Assembly (NCBI GenBank): GCA_964016885.1
Contig: OZ024740.1
Span: forward strand, 17,918,001 to 17,982,000
DNA length: 64,000 nucleotides
Reading direction: 5' to 3'
Source of the DNA: Eledone cirrhosa
Lineage: Eukaryota
Below are positions 12,269 through 26,010 of the stretch, in pieces; positions within the stretch are counted from its first letter, which is position 1, and every line of letters starts with the position of its first letter. The notes under the pieces were generated by a model, which was not told where the DNA came from, did no database searches, and was given only the letters and a program-made list of their open reading frames with translations. A program made the translations under genes and the position numbers.

Positions 12269-12612
12269 GGAGGCACATGGCTTAGTGGTTAGAGCATTGG
12301 CCTTGCAATCGAAAGGTTGTGAGCTCAATTCTCAGACCGGGTGATGTGTTGTTTCCTTGAGCAAGACACTTTATTTCACATTGCTCCAGTTTACTCAGCT
12401 GTAGAAATGAGATGATAGGGACTGGGGTCCATATCATTCCACTGCAAAGTGGTCGTGGAGGTGCCACGGCAAAAAAGCACCCAGCACTCACTGTAAATGA
12501 GGTTGGTGTTAGGAAGGGCATCCAGCTGTAGAAATCAAGCCAGAATCAGTTCCCGTCCCACCCTTGCAAGCAGGGAAATGCGGACGTAAAAATATGATGA
12601 TGATGATGATGA
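12269..12612 (+). mobile_element. Full-length CORE-type tRNA-SINE with RTE tail
   Basis: Starts ggaggcaca, A box TGGCTTAGTGG, B-box-like gagctcaattc, CORE-like block, RTE-type tail, (TGA)n end. Confidence 0.88.
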
Positions 12613-13199
12613 TATATATATATATATATATATAAGCATACATATATACAGTCCTATACGAGCAAGACAACCAATCTTGCCTCAAGTGGGAAAATTCCCG
12701 TCCAAACCCATGCTAGCGTGGAAGATGGACGTTAAACGATGATGATGATAAGCATACACATACACATTTTTACTTGTTTCAGTCATCAGACTGCAGCTAT
12801 GCTGGGGGGGTGGGGTTTTGGAGGGAATTAGTTGATTATATTAACTCCTATACTGATTGATTTTCAACTCTGCTACTTATTTTATCAATTTCATTGAACT
12901 GCTAAGTAAATGTACACACACACACGCACGCACACACACTTTTTTACATCTGGTGCCAGTTGTTGTTGTAATGATTGTATAATGACTGTGCACTGGTGTT
13001 GCTGAAATATGTATTATGCAATAAATACAATTATGTAACTATGACATCTGTTTTAAAGTTAATTCATATATAGAAACTCCAGTGTGTTTGATCACCATTG
13101 TAATGTTGGATATATATGACAGAAGCAAGGTAATAAAGTCACTAAAATACAAGGGGTTACTAAGAGTGAAAGACAGAATATAATTGAAGGGGAGACATG

Positions 13200-13460
13200 A
13201 TGATTGATGTGGCTTTTGAAGTTTTGTAAGTTGTAGTTAGAGGTGAGGAAAGCAAGAAGCTGGAAGAGAATTCCAGAGGTGAAATGTGTGAGGGAAGAAA
13301 CTTTCAGAATAAAATTTATGATTATATTTCGGAACTGTAAATGGATTAGACATAGCCGTCAATTTGGTGCTCCGTTTAAACTCATCAAGACGAGGCAACA
13401 AGGAAGAAAGCATTTCAGAACAATTTCCATGAAACTTTAGAAAATACATATGCCTACAAT
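13200..13460 (-). mobile_element. CR1/Jockey-group LINE ORF2 C-terminal remnant
   Basis: SFFPHTFHLWNSLP matches the SFFPRT..LWNSLP motif typical of these ORF2 C-termini. Confidence 0.7.
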
Positions 13461-13469
13461 AAAAGAGGT

Positions 13470-13588
13470 GTAGTCTTGTACTCTCAGTCTCTTAAGACCA
13501 GTGCACAGGGTAGTCTTGTACTCTCAGTCTCTTAAGACCAGTGCACAGGGTAGTCTTGTACTCTCAGTCTCTTAAGACCAGTGCACAG
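13470..13588. repeat. 40-bp tandem repeat, 3 copies
   Basis: gtagtcttgtactctcagtctcttaagaccagtgcacagg repeated at 13470, 13510 and 13550. Confidence 0.9.
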
Positions 13589-13594
13589 AATATA

Positions 13595-13710
13595 CATTGG
13601 TCTGATGAACCTCCGGGCTCGAGACAGACTTTAGACAATAAAAGAGGGCAAAATAAACACTCCTGATGATGAGACTATGAGAGTCTGGAAATTATAAAGT
13701 TAGGAAGTTT
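13595..13710 (+). ncRNA. Tandem pair of degenerate Penelope-type minimal hammerhead ribozymes
   Basis: First: CTGATGA at 13602, then GAGAC, then AATAAA. Second: CTGATGA at 13663, stem II agact/agtct, GAAA at 13688, palindromic ttataa, and imperfect stem I aaacactc/ggaagttt. Confidence 0.5.
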
Positions 13711-13837
13711 GTTGTTCCTAATGAACTGTAGAGATATAAATATAAAATACAAGAAGGTTATAATAAAATACATAAAAAGAAACTAGAAAGTAATTGTGAC
13801 TTTACTGACAAGTACGAATAAGTGTCATACCCCCCCA

Positions 13838-13858
13838 TATATATATATACACACGCAC

Positions 13859-13917
<59 letters not shown>

Positions 13918-13944
13918 TACACACACAAACACACACATATATAT

Positions 13945-13977
<33 letters not shown>

Positions 13978-14250
13978 CACACACACATATATATATACAC
14001 ACATACATATATATATATACACACATATATATATATACATACACACATATATATATATATATACATACACACATATATATACACACACACATATATACAT
14101 ATACACACATATATATATACACACATATATATATACACACACACATATATATATACACACACATATATATATACACACATATATATATACACACACACAC
14201 ACATATATATATACACACACACATATATATACACACACACACATATATAT

Positions 14251-14299
<49 letters not shown>

Positions 14300-14404
14300 T
14301 ATATATACACACACACACATATATATATATACACACACACACATATATATATACACACACATATATATACCCACACATATATATATATACACACACACAC
14401 ACAC
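13838..14404. repeat. Compound (TA)n/(CA)n microsatellite
   Basis: Seen directly in the sequence. Confidence 0.95.
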
Positions 14405-15462
14405 ATCATCATCGTTTAACGTCCATCTTCCACGCTTGCATGGGTTTGGACGGGAGTTATTTCCCACTTGAGGCAAGAGTGATTGTCTTGCTCGCATAGG
14501 ACTGTCTGGCAAGTTTTCTACAGTTGGATGCCCTTCCTAACACCAACCACATTTACAGTGTGGAACTGGGAGGTTTTTACCGTGTTACCTACACGGCCAC
14601 ATTACAGCGTGGACTGTGTGTTTTTTTGTTGTGACACCTACACGACCTCATTTGTTTCGGGCTGGATGTTGTGGTACCAACATAACTTTACATTGAAAGG
14701 GGTGGTGTGGATGGGGTGGGGGTAGTGGGATAGGGGTGTATTTTGTTAGAGGTGCCTGCTGACTGTAGTAGGTTTCACTTTGCACGTAGGTAAGGCGGGT
14801 CTTCTCTATTACTGTGTAGCGCCAAAGATCTCGGTCCAGTGACATTGTCTTGGAGAGGTGTAAGTGTGTGAGGTCGGAATTTATCAAGTCGTCCCAGGTT
14901 TTTCTGGGTCTGCCTACTCCGTGGCTACCGTCTATCTTTATTGCCCTGCACTTTTTTATACAGCTGTCGTCTTTCATGCGCATCACGTGACCATACCAAC
15001 GTAGTCTTCTCTCGAGTAAACAACATCTGATCCCTCTTATTTCTAATTTCTCCCTTAGTTCGTTTATGCTTTGCCGTTCACGTATATTACTATTACACAT
15101 CCAACAGAGCATGCAAGCTTCGTTTCTCTCCAGTCTGCGTATATCCTCTGCATACAATGCCCAGGTCTCACTGCCATGCAACATTGCTGTTCGTATGCAG
15201 GCATCATACAGCTTGCCTTTCATTTTTAGAGAGAACCCTTTAGCGGCCAATAGTGGTATAAGCTCTCTGAACTTTTTCCATCCCGTTCTGACTCTAGCTA
15301 CTGTACTTTCAGAGCACCCTCCCCCACTGCTGATTTTGTCACCCATGTAACGGAAGCTGTCCACTATTTCTATAGAACCATCTGTGCAATGGAATGAGCT
15401 AGTATTCTGTGGGCACTTGCTGCTACTTATTGCACCAGAGCACCGGCCACATATAAAATCTA
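14405..15462 (-). mobile_element. RTE LINE 3' part (5'-truncated)
   Basis: VDSFRYMG, AMLHGSETW, RRLRWYGHV, 3'UTR and (GAT)n tail. Nearly identical to 37180-37945. Confidence 0.93.
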
Positions 15463-16417
15463 TACATATATATATATACACACACACACACATATATATA
15501 TACACACACACACACATATATATATATACACACACACACATATATACACACACACACACACATATATACACACACACACATATATACACACACACACACA
15601 TATATATATATATATGAATGCATAAATATATAGTCCAAGGTCGAAAGACAAATACGAAGAACAATTGCACAAAGTATTATTACTTTAATGCTTGTGTGAA
15701 ATATATATATGCGTGTGAGTGTATATGTGTGTGTGTGTGTGTGATTCATTCAGAATTTTAATTGTTTCTTCCGTGAATTCACATATAAGATTCTTTATAA
15801 CACCAGAAAAATTATATTGTTACCTTTTGGCTGAGGCCAGAAGCAGAATAGTAGAGAAACCAAATCAGTAGCAATATATTTCTATTAGTTTAGACCTGGG
15901 TTAGATTTAACAGTATATAAGTTTAGTCAAGAAATACATCCCTTTATTTTTCTATGCTGAAGTTTTCAGAAGTTGGAGGTAAAAAAAGTCTTAAAATTGA
16001 AAATCTAAATAAAACCTTGCCTTGCTTTTATCATACTATTTGAAAGTTTAAGTCATTTTAAAATTTAATATTTAATATTTAAAATTTAATATTGCTGTAT
16101 ATATAAAAATTGAGAAGATTTCTTAAATCATTTAATACTTTACAAATGTTTCAATATGTATAATAAAACCAATATAATATTGATATTTAACAATACATGC
16201 CCATAAGACAATCACAGAAGTCTGAAAAGGTAAACAAATTTATATATATGTTCTGTGATATTGTAAAATACTGTGATTGGAAATTTACTGATTGGATTAA
16301 ACCCTGAACTGTCTTTTACCTATCTTGCAGTGGACTATAACATCACATTTGAACTTAGCAATATTCTTTGACTTTATATGGTTGTATTATCAACTCATCT
16401 AAGCTATTTTATATAAA

Positions 16418-16813
16418 TAATTGTTTCTACCTTTGGCACAAGGCCAGCAATTATCCCAGTGCATTACTGGTACTTTATTTTATCGACCCCGTAAGGATGA
16501 AAGGCAAAGTTAACCTCGGTGGGATTTGAACTCAGACCATAGAGGGCCGCAACTCTTTGCTGCAAAGCATGGCGTCCGACCCTCAACCGATACTGCCAAT
16601 CCACATCCCCTTATATATAATTATTTCTACTTTTGGCACAAGGCCAGAAATTACCCAGTATATTACTGGTACTTTATTTTATCGACCCCATAAGGATGAA
16701 AGGCAAAGTTAACCTCGGCGGGATTTGAACTCAGAATGGCAAGGGCCATAACTCTATGCGTCAAAGCATGGCGTCCGACCCTCTACCGATACTGCCAATC
16801 CACCGACCGCCCC
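16418..16813 (-). mobile_element. Two tandem Deu/Nin-like tRNA-SINEs
   Basis: On the minus strand each has A box TGGCAGTATCGG, B box GAGTTCAAATCC, gcctttcatccttacggggtcgataaaataaagtaccag and an (ATT)n tail. Confidence 0.85.
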
Positions 16814-16844
16814 TTATAAATAATATATATAAATAAGCCTCCAG

Positions 16845-17056
16845 CCCACTGTAAAGTAGTTGTGTAGGCATCAAAACAAAAAGCACACAGTACTCACTGT
16901 AAATGAAGTTGGCATTAGGAAGTAGAAACCAAGCCAGAAACAGTTCTGTATGAGCAGGACACGGTCACCTGACCCAACTGGCCTCAAATTGGGACAACCT
17001 GTTTAACCCAAGCTAGCGTGAAAATTGAGCATTAAACGACAATGATGATAATGATA
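16845..17056 (+). mobile_element. Diverged RTE 3'UTR/tail fragment
   Basis: Similar to 44640-44910 (cactgtaaag...agaaaccaagccag...aaccca..ctagcgtg...(gat)n). Confidence 0.7.
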
Positions 17057-17063
17057 TACATAT

Positions 17064-17403
17064 GCTTAGTGGTTAGAGCATTGGCCTTGCAATCGAAAGG
17101 TTGTGAGTTCAATTCTCAGACCGGGTGATGTGTTGTTTCCTTGAGCAAGACACTTTATTTCACATTGCTCCAGTTTACTCAGCTGTAGAAATGAGATGAT
17201 AGGGACTGGGGTCCCTATCATTCCACTGCAAAGTGGTCGTGGAGGTGCCACGGCAAAAAAAAGCACCCAGCACTCACTGTAAATGAGGTTGGTGTTAGGA
17301 AGGGCATCCAGCTGTAGAAATCAAGCCAGAATCAATTCCCGTCCCACCCTTGCAAGCAGGGAAAAAGCGGACGTAAAATGAAATGATGAAATGATGAAAT
17401 GAT
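17064..17403 (+). mobile_element. CORE-type tRNA-SINE with RTE tail
   Basis: Near-identical to 12269-12612. Confidence 0.88.
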
Positions 17404-17631
17404 ATACCACTACGATCCTCCCATTGCAGCAATGAGATGATGGACCCCAAACTCACATCCGAACCAACATGACCACGTACAGTAAGTACCTTAGTGCTGC
17501 AATGAAATAGTGCTTGTGCCTCAACAAAAAACTCCAAGCCCACCCTGTAAGGTGGTAGTGTCAGAGTCACAATAAAATGTTCCCAGTACACTGTAATATT
17601 GTTGGCATTAGGAAGAGCATCCAGCCTGAGA

Positions 17632-20600
17632 AACCAAGCCAAAACAAAGCATATGAGCATGACCTAGTCACTTGACCAATCTGGCCTCAACCAAGCCAAA
17701 ACAAAGCATATGAGCATGACCTAGACACTTGACCAATCTGGCCTCAACCAAGCCAAAACAAAGCATATGAGCATGACCTAGACACTTGACCAATCTGGCC
17801 TCAACCAAGCCAAAACAAAGCATATGAGCATGACCTAGTCACTTGACCAATCTGGCCTCAACCAAGCCAAAACAAAGCATATGAGCATGACCTAGTCACT
17901 TGACCAATCTGGCCTCAACCAAGCCAAAACAAAGCATATGAGCATGACCTAGACACTTGACCAATCTGGCCTCAACCAAGCCAAAACAAAGCATATGAGC
18001 ATGACCTAGACACTTGACCAATCTGGCCTCAACCAAGCCAAAAAAAAGCATATGAGCATGACCTAGTCACTTGACCAATCTGGCCTCAACCAAGCCAAAA
18101 CAAAGCATATGAGCATGACCTAGTCACTTGACCAATCTGGCCTCAACCAAGCCAAAACAAAGCATATGAGCATGACCTAGTCACTTGACCAATCTGGCCT
18201 CAACCAAGCCAAAACAAAGCATATGAGCATGACCTAGACACTTGACCAATCTGGCCTCAACCAAGCCAAAACAAAGCATATGAGCATGACCTAGACACTT
18301 GACCAATCTGGCCTCAACCAAGCCAAAACAAAGCATATGAGCATGACCTAGACACTTGACCAATCTGGCCTCAACCAAGCCAAAACAAAGCATATGAGCA
18401 TGACCTAGTCACTTGACCAATCTGGCCTCAACCAAGCCAAAACAAAGCATATGAGCATGACCTAGACACTTGACCAATCTGGCCTCAACCAAGCCAAAAC
18501 AAAGCATATGAGCATGACCTAGACACTTGACCAATCTGGCCTCAACCAAGCCAAAACAAAGCATATGAGCATGACCTAGTCACTTGACCAATCTGGCCTC
18601 AACCAAGCCAAAACAAAGCATATGAGCATGACCTAGACACTTGACCAATCTGGCCTCAACCAAGCCAAAACAAAGCATATGAGCATGACCTAGACACTTG
18701 ACCAATCTGGCCTCAACCAAGCCAAAACAAAGCATATGAGCATGACCTAGTCACTTGACCAATCTGGCCTCAACCAAGCCAAAACAAAGCATATGAGCAT
18801 GACCTAGACACTTGACCAATCTGGCCTCAACCAAGCCAAAACAAAGCATATGAGCATGACCTAGACACTTGACCAATCTGGCCTCAACCAAGCCAAAACA
18901 AAGCATATGAGCATGACCTAGACACTTGACCAATCTGGCCTCAACCAAGCCAAAACAAAGCATATGAGCATGACCTAGTCACTTGACCAATCTGGCCTCA
19001 ACCAAGCCAAAACAAAGCATATGAGCATGACCTAGTCACTTGACCAATCTGGCCTCAACCAAGCCAAAACAAAGCATATGAGCATGACCTAGACACTTGA
19101 CCAATCTGGCCTCAACCAAGCCAAAACAAAGCATATGAGCATGACCTAGACACTTGACCAATCTGGCCTCAACCAAGCCAAAACAAAGCATATGAGCATG
19201 ACCTAGTCACTTGACCAATCTGGCCTCAACCAAGCCAAAACAAAGCATATGAGCATGACCTAGTCACTTGACCAATCTGGCCTCAACCAAGCCAAAACAA
19301 AGCATATGAGCATGACCTAGACACTTGACCAATCTGGCCTCAACCAAGGCAAAACAAAGTATATGAGCATGACCTAGTCACTTGACCAATCTGGCCTCAA
19401 CCAAGCCAAAACAAAGCATATGAGCATGACCTAGACACTTGACCAATCTGGCCTCAACCAAGGCAAAACAAAGTATATGAGCATGACCTAGTCACTTGAC
19501 CAATCTGGCCTCAACCAAGCCAAAACAAAGCATATGAGCATGACCTAGACACTTGACCAATCTGGCCTCAACCAAGCCAAAACAAAGCATATGAGCATGA
19601 CCTAGACACTTGACCAATCTGGCCTCAACCAAGCCAAAACAAAGCATATGAGCATGACCTAGACACTTGACCAATCTGGCCTCAACCAAGCCAAAACAAA
19701 GCATATGAGCATGACCTAGACACTTGACCAATCTGGCCTCAACCAAGCCAAAACAAAGCATATGAGCATGACCTAGTCACTTGACAAATCTGGCCTCAAC
19801 CAAGCCAAAACAAAGCATATGAGCATGACCTAGACACTTGACCAATCTGGCCTCAACCAAGCCAAAACAAAGCATATGAGCATGACCTAGTCACTTGACC
19901 AATCTGGCCTCAACCAAGCCAAAACAAAGCATATGAGCATGACCTAGACACTTGACCAATCTGGCCTCAACCAAGCCAAAACAAAGCATATGAGCATGAC
20001 CTAGTCACTTGACCAATCTGGCCTCAACCAAGCCAAAACAAAGCATATGAGCATGACCTAGACACTTGACCAATCTGGCCTCAACCAAGCCAAAACAAAG
20101 CATATGAGCATGACCTAGACACTTGACCAATCTGGCCTCAACCAAGCCAAAACAAAGCATATGAGCATGACCTAGTCAATTGACCAATCTGGCCTCAACC
20201 AAGCCAAAACAAAGCATATGAGCATGACCTAGTCACTTGACCAATCTGGCCTCAACCAAGCCAAAACAAAGCATATGAGCATGACCTAGTCACTTGACCA
20301 ATCTGGCCTCAACCAAGGCAAAACAAAGTATATGAGCATGACCTAGTCACTTGACCAATCTGGCCTCAACCAAGCCAAAACAAAGCATATGAGCATGACC
20401 TAGACACTTGACCAATCTGGCCTCAACCAAGCCAAAACAAAGCATATGAGCATGACCTAGTCACTTGACCAATCTGGCCTCAACCAAGCCAAAACAAAGT
20501 ATATGAGCATGACCTAGTCACTTGACCAATCTGGCCTCAACCAAGCCAAAACAAAGCATATGAGCATGACATAGTGACTTGACCAATCTGGCCTCAACCA

Positions 20601-23600
20601 AGCCAAAACAAAGCATATGAGCATGACCTAGACACTTGACCAATCTGGCCTCAACCAAGCCAAAACAAAGTATATGAGCATGACCTAGTCACTTGACCAA
20701 TCTGGCCTCAACCAAGCCAAAACAAAGCATATGAGCATGACCTAGACACTTGACCAATCTGGCCTCAACCAAGCCAAAACAAAGCATATGAGCATGACCT
20801 AGACACTTGACCAATCTGGCCTCAACCAAGCCAAAACTAAGCATATGAGCATGACCTAGTCACTTCACCAATCTGGCCTCAACCAAGCCAAAACAAAGCA
20901 TATGAGCATGACCTAGTCACTTGACCAATCTGGCCTCAACCAAGCCAAAACAAAGCATATGAGCATGACCTAGTCACTTGACCAATCTGGCCTCAACCAA
21001 GCCAAAACAAAGCATATGAGCATGACCTAGTCACTTGACCAATCTGGCCTCAACCAAGCCAAAACAAAGCATATGAGCATGACCTAGACACTTGACCAAT
21101 CTGGCCTCAACCAAGCCAAAACAAAGCATATGAGCATGACCTAGTCACTTGACCAATCTGGCCTCAACCAAGCCAAAACAAAGCATATGAGCATGACCTA
21201 GTCACTTGACCAATCTGGCCTCAACCAAGCCAAAACAAAGCATATGAGCATGACCTAGTCACTTGACCAATCTGGCCTCAACCAAGCCAAAACAAAGCAT
21301 ATGAGCATGACCTAGTCACTTGACCAATCTGGCCTCAACCAAGCCAAAACAAAGCATATGAGCATGACCTAGACACTTGACCAATCTGGCCTCAACCAAG
21401 CCAAAACAAAGCATATGAGCATGACCTAGACACTTGACCAATCTGGCCTCAACCAAGCCAAAACAAAGCATATGAGCATGACCTAGTCACTTGACCAATC
21501 TGGCCTCAACCAAGCCAAAACAAAGCATATGAGCATGACCTAGACACTTGACCAATCTGGCCTCAACCAAGCCAAAACAAAGTATATGAGCATGACCTGG
21601 TCACTTGACCAATCTGGCCTCAACCAAGCCAAAACAAAGCATATGAGCATGACCTAGTCACTTGACCAATCTGGCCTCAACCAAGCCAAAACAAAGTATA
21701 TGAGCATGACCTAGACACTTGACCAATCTGGCCTCAACCAAGCCAAAACAAAGCATATGAGCATGACCTAGTCACTTGACCAATCTGGCCTCAACCAAGC
21801 CAAAACAAAGCATATGAGCATGACCTAGTCACTTGACCAATCTGGCCTCAACCAAGCCAAAACAAAGCATATGAGCATGACCTAGTCACTTGACCAATCT
21901 GGCCTCAACCAAGCCAAAACAAAGCATATGAGCATGACCTAGTCACTTGACCAATCTGGCCTCAACCAAGCCAAAACAAAGTATATGAGCATGACCTAGT
22001 CACTTCACCAATCTGGCCTCAACCAAGCCAAAACAAAGCATATGAGCATGACCTAGTCACTTGACCAATCTGGCCTCAACCAAGCCAAAACAAAGCATGA
22101 GCATGACCTAGTCACTTGACCAATCTGGCCTCAACCAAGCCAAAACAAAGTATATGAGCATGACCTAGTCATTTGACCAATCTGGCCTCAACCAAGCCAA
22201 AACAAAGCATATGAGCATGACCTAGTCACTTGACCAATCTGGCCTCAACCAAGCCAAAACAAAGCATATGAGCATGACCTAGTCATTTGACCAATCTGGC
22301 CTCAACCAAGCCAAAACAAAGCATATGAGCATGACCTAGTCACTTGACCAATCTGGCCTCAACCAAGCCAAAACAAAGCATATGAGCATGACCTAGTCAC
22401 TTCACCAATCTGGCCTCAACCAAGCCAAAACAAAGCATATGAGCATGACCTAGTCACTTGACCAATCTGGCCTCAACCAAGCCAAAACAAAGCATATGAG
22501 CATGACCTAGTCACTTCACCAATCTGGCCTCAACCAAGCCAAAACAAAGCATATGAGCATGACCTAGTCACTTGACCAATCTGGCCTCAACCAAGCCAAA
22601 ACAAAGCATGAGCATGACCTAGTCACTTGACCAATCTGGCCTCAACCAAGCCAAAACAAAGTATATGAGCATGACCTAGTCATTTGACCAATCTGGCCTC
22701 AACCAAGCCAAAACAAAGCATATGAGCATGACCTAGTCACTTGACCAATCTGGCCTCAACCAAGCCAAAACAAAGCATATGAGCATGACCTAGTCACTTG
22801 ACCAATCTGGCCTCAACCAAGCCAAAACAAAGCATATGAGCATGACCTAGTCACTTGACCAATCTGGCCTCAACCAAGCCAAAACAAAGCATATGAGCAT
22901 GACCTAGACACTTGACCAATCTGGCCTCAACCAAGCCAAAACAAAGCATATGAGCATGACCTAGTCACTTGACCAATCTGGCCTCAACCAAGCCAAAACA
23001 AAGCATATGAGCATGACCTAGTCACTTGACCAATCTGGCCTCAACCAAGCCAAAACAAAGCATATGAGCATGACCTAGACACTTGACCAATCTGGCCTCA
23101 ACCAAGCCAAAACAAAGCATATGAGCATGACCTAGTCACTTGACCAATCTGGCCTCAACCAAGCCAAAACAAAGCATATGAGCATGACCTAGTCATTTGA
23201 CCAATCTGGCCTCAACCAAGCCAAAACAAAGCATATGAGCATGACCTAGACACTTGACCAATCTGGCCTCAACCAAGCCAAAACAAAGCATATGAGCATG
23301 ACCTAGTCACTTGACCAATCTGGCCTCAACCAAGCCAAAACAAAGCATATGAGCATGACCTAGACACTTGACCAATCTGGCCTCAACCAAGCCAAAACAA
23401 AGCATATGAGCATGACCTAGTCACTTGACCAATCTGGCCTCAACCAAGCCAAAACAAAGTATATGAGCATGACCTAGACACTTGACCAATCTGGCCTCAA
23501 CCAAGCCAAAACAAAGTATATGAGCATGACCTAGACACTTGACCAATCTGGCCTCAACCAAGCCAAAACAAAGCATATGAGCATGACCTAGTCACTTGAC

Positions 23601-25779
23601 CAATCTGGCCTCAACCAAGCCAAAACAAAGCATATGAGCATGACCTAGACACTTGACCAATCTGGCCTCAACCAAGCCAAAACAAAGCATATGAGCATGA
23701 CCTAGTCACTTGACCAATCTGGCCTCAACCAAGCCAAAACAAAGCATATGAGCATGACCTAGTCACTTGACCAATCTGGCCTCAACCAAGCCAAAACAAA
23801 GCATATGAGCATGACCTAGACACTTGACCAATCTGGCCTCAACCAAGCCAAAACAAAGCATATGAGCATGACCTAGTCACTTGACCAATCTGGCCTCAAC
23901 CAAGCCAAAACAAAGCATATGAGCATGACCTAGTCATTTGACCAATCTGGCCTCAACCAAGCCAAAACAAAGCATATGAGCATGACCTAGTCACTTGACC
24001 AATCTGGCCTCAACCAAGCCAAAACAAAGCATATGAGCATGACCTAGTCACTTGACAAATCTGGCCTCAACCAAGCCAAAACAAAGCATATGAGCATGAC
24101 CTAGTCACTTGACCAATCTGGCCTCAACCAAGCCAAAACTAAGCATATGAGCATGACCTAGTCACTTGACCAATCTGGCCTCAACCAAGCCAAAACAAAG
24201 CATATGAGCATGACCTAGTCACTTGACCAATCTGGCCTCAACCAAGCCAAAACAAAGCATATGAGCATGACCTAGTCACTTGACCAATCTGGCCTCAACC
24301 AAGCCAAATCAAAGCATATGAGCATGACCTAGTCACTTGACCAATTTGGCCTCAACCAAGCCAAAACAAAGCATATGAGCATGACCTAGACACTTGACCA
24401 ATCTGGCCTCAACCAAGCCAAAACAAAGCATATGAGCATGACCTAGTCACTTGACCAATCTGGCCTCAACCAAGCCAAAACAAAGCATATGAGCATGACC
24501 TAGACACTTGACCAATCTGGCCTCAACCAAGCCAAAACAAAGCATATGAGCATGACCTAGTCACTTGACCAATCTGGCCTCAACCAAGCCAAAACAAAGT
24601 ATATGAGCATGACCTAGACACTTGACCAATCTGGCCTCAACCAAGCCAAAACAAAGTATATGAGCATGACCTAGACACTTGACCAATCTGGCCTCAACCA
24701 AGCCAAAACAAAGCATATGAGCATGACCTAGTCACTTGACCAATCTGGCCTCAACCAAGCCAAAACAAAGCATATGAGCATGACCTAGACACTTGACCAA
24801 TCTGGCCTCAACCAAGCCAAAACAAAGCATATGAGCATGACCTAGTCACTTGACCAATCTGGCCTCAACCAAGCCAAAACAAAGCATATGAGCATGACCT
24901 AGTCATTTGACCAATCTGGCCTCAACCAAGCCAAAACAAAGCATATGAGCATGACCTAGTCACTTGACCAATCTGGCCTCAACCAAGCCAAAACAAAGCA
25001 TATGAGCATGACCTAGTCACTTGACCAATCTGGCCTCAACCAAGCCAAAACAAAGCATATGAGCATGACCTAGTCACTTGACAAATCTGGCCTCAACCAA
25101 GCCAAAACAAAGCATATGAGCATGACCTAGTCATTTGACCAATCTGGCCTCAACCAAGCCAAAACAAAGCATATGAGCATGACCTAGTCACTTGACCAAT
25201 CTGGCCTCAACCAAGCCAAAACAAAGCATATGAGCATGACCTAGACACTTGACCAATCTGGCCTCAACCAAACCAAAACAAAGCATATGAGCATGACCTA
25301 GTCACTTGACCAATCTGGCCTCAACCAAGCCAAAACAAAGCATATGAGCATGACCTAGTCACTTGACCAATCTTGCCTCAACCAAGCCAAAACAAAGTAT
25401 ATGAGCATGACCTAGACACTTGACCAATCTGGCCTCAACCAAGCCAAAACAAAGCATATGAGCATGACCTAGTCACTTGACCAATCTGGCCTCAACCAAG
25501 CCAAAACAAAGCATATGAGCATGACCTAGTCACTTGACCAATCTGGCCTCAACCAAGCCAAAACAAAGCATATGAGCATGACCTAGTCACTTGACCAATC
25601 TGGCCTCAACCAAGCCAAAACAAAGCATATGAGCATGACCTAGACACTTGACCAATCTGGCCTCAACCAAGCCAAAACAAAGCATATGAGCATGACCTAG
25701 TCACTTGACCAATCTGGCCTCAACCAAGCCAAAACAAAGTATATGAGCATGACCTAGTCACTTGACCAATCTGGCCTCA
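17632..25779. repeat. 57-bp satellite, about 143 units, embedded in an RTE-type 3' tail
   Basis: Unit is aaccaagccaaaacaaagcatatgagcatgacctag(t/a)cacttgaccaatctggcctc. The left flank (gttggcattaggaagagcatccagc) and right flank (ccgtctaacccatgc...gacattaaaa(gat)n) are the contiguous RTE tail. Confidence 0.95.
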
Positions 25780-25885
25780 TTACACAACAGCCGTCTAACC
25801 CATGCAAACATGGAGAATAGACATTAAAAGTGATGATGATACACACACGCACACATATGTATGTATGCTTATATATATATAACAA

Positions 25886-26010
25886 TTTAATATAGAAACG
25901 GCTTCTACAGGACTAGAACTGTTTCATCCGAAGGAAATCCTAAGGTTTTTCCTGATGATTTCCTTTGAATGAAACAGTTCTAGTCCTGTAGAAGCCATTT
26001 CTATATTAAA
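25886..26010 (+). ncRNA. Penelope-like inverted end: 54-bp-arm palindrome containing a minimal hammerhead ribozyme candidate
   Basis: Arms at 25886-25939 and 25957-26010. CTGATGA at 25952, GAAA at 25971, stem III ACAG/CTGT, GUA cleavage triplet at 25988-25990, imperfect stem I ggtttttc/gaagcc, then ATTAAA. Confidence 0.6.

Noticed and set aside
12269-12345. tRNA genes at SINE heads
   Set aside because: A and B boxes are present, but there is no complete cloverleaf and each continues into a SINE body.
13758-14512. Several 200-aa Cys/Val/Tyr/Ile or His/Thr ORFs (also near 15400, 29200 and 42000)
   Set aside because: Translations of (TA)n/(CA)n microsatellites.
17632-25779. CRISPR array or repeat-protein ORFs (MLCFGLVEARLVKCLGHAH)n
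   Set aside because: Head-to-tail units have no spacers. The ORFs open and close according to the TGT/TGA dimorphism.
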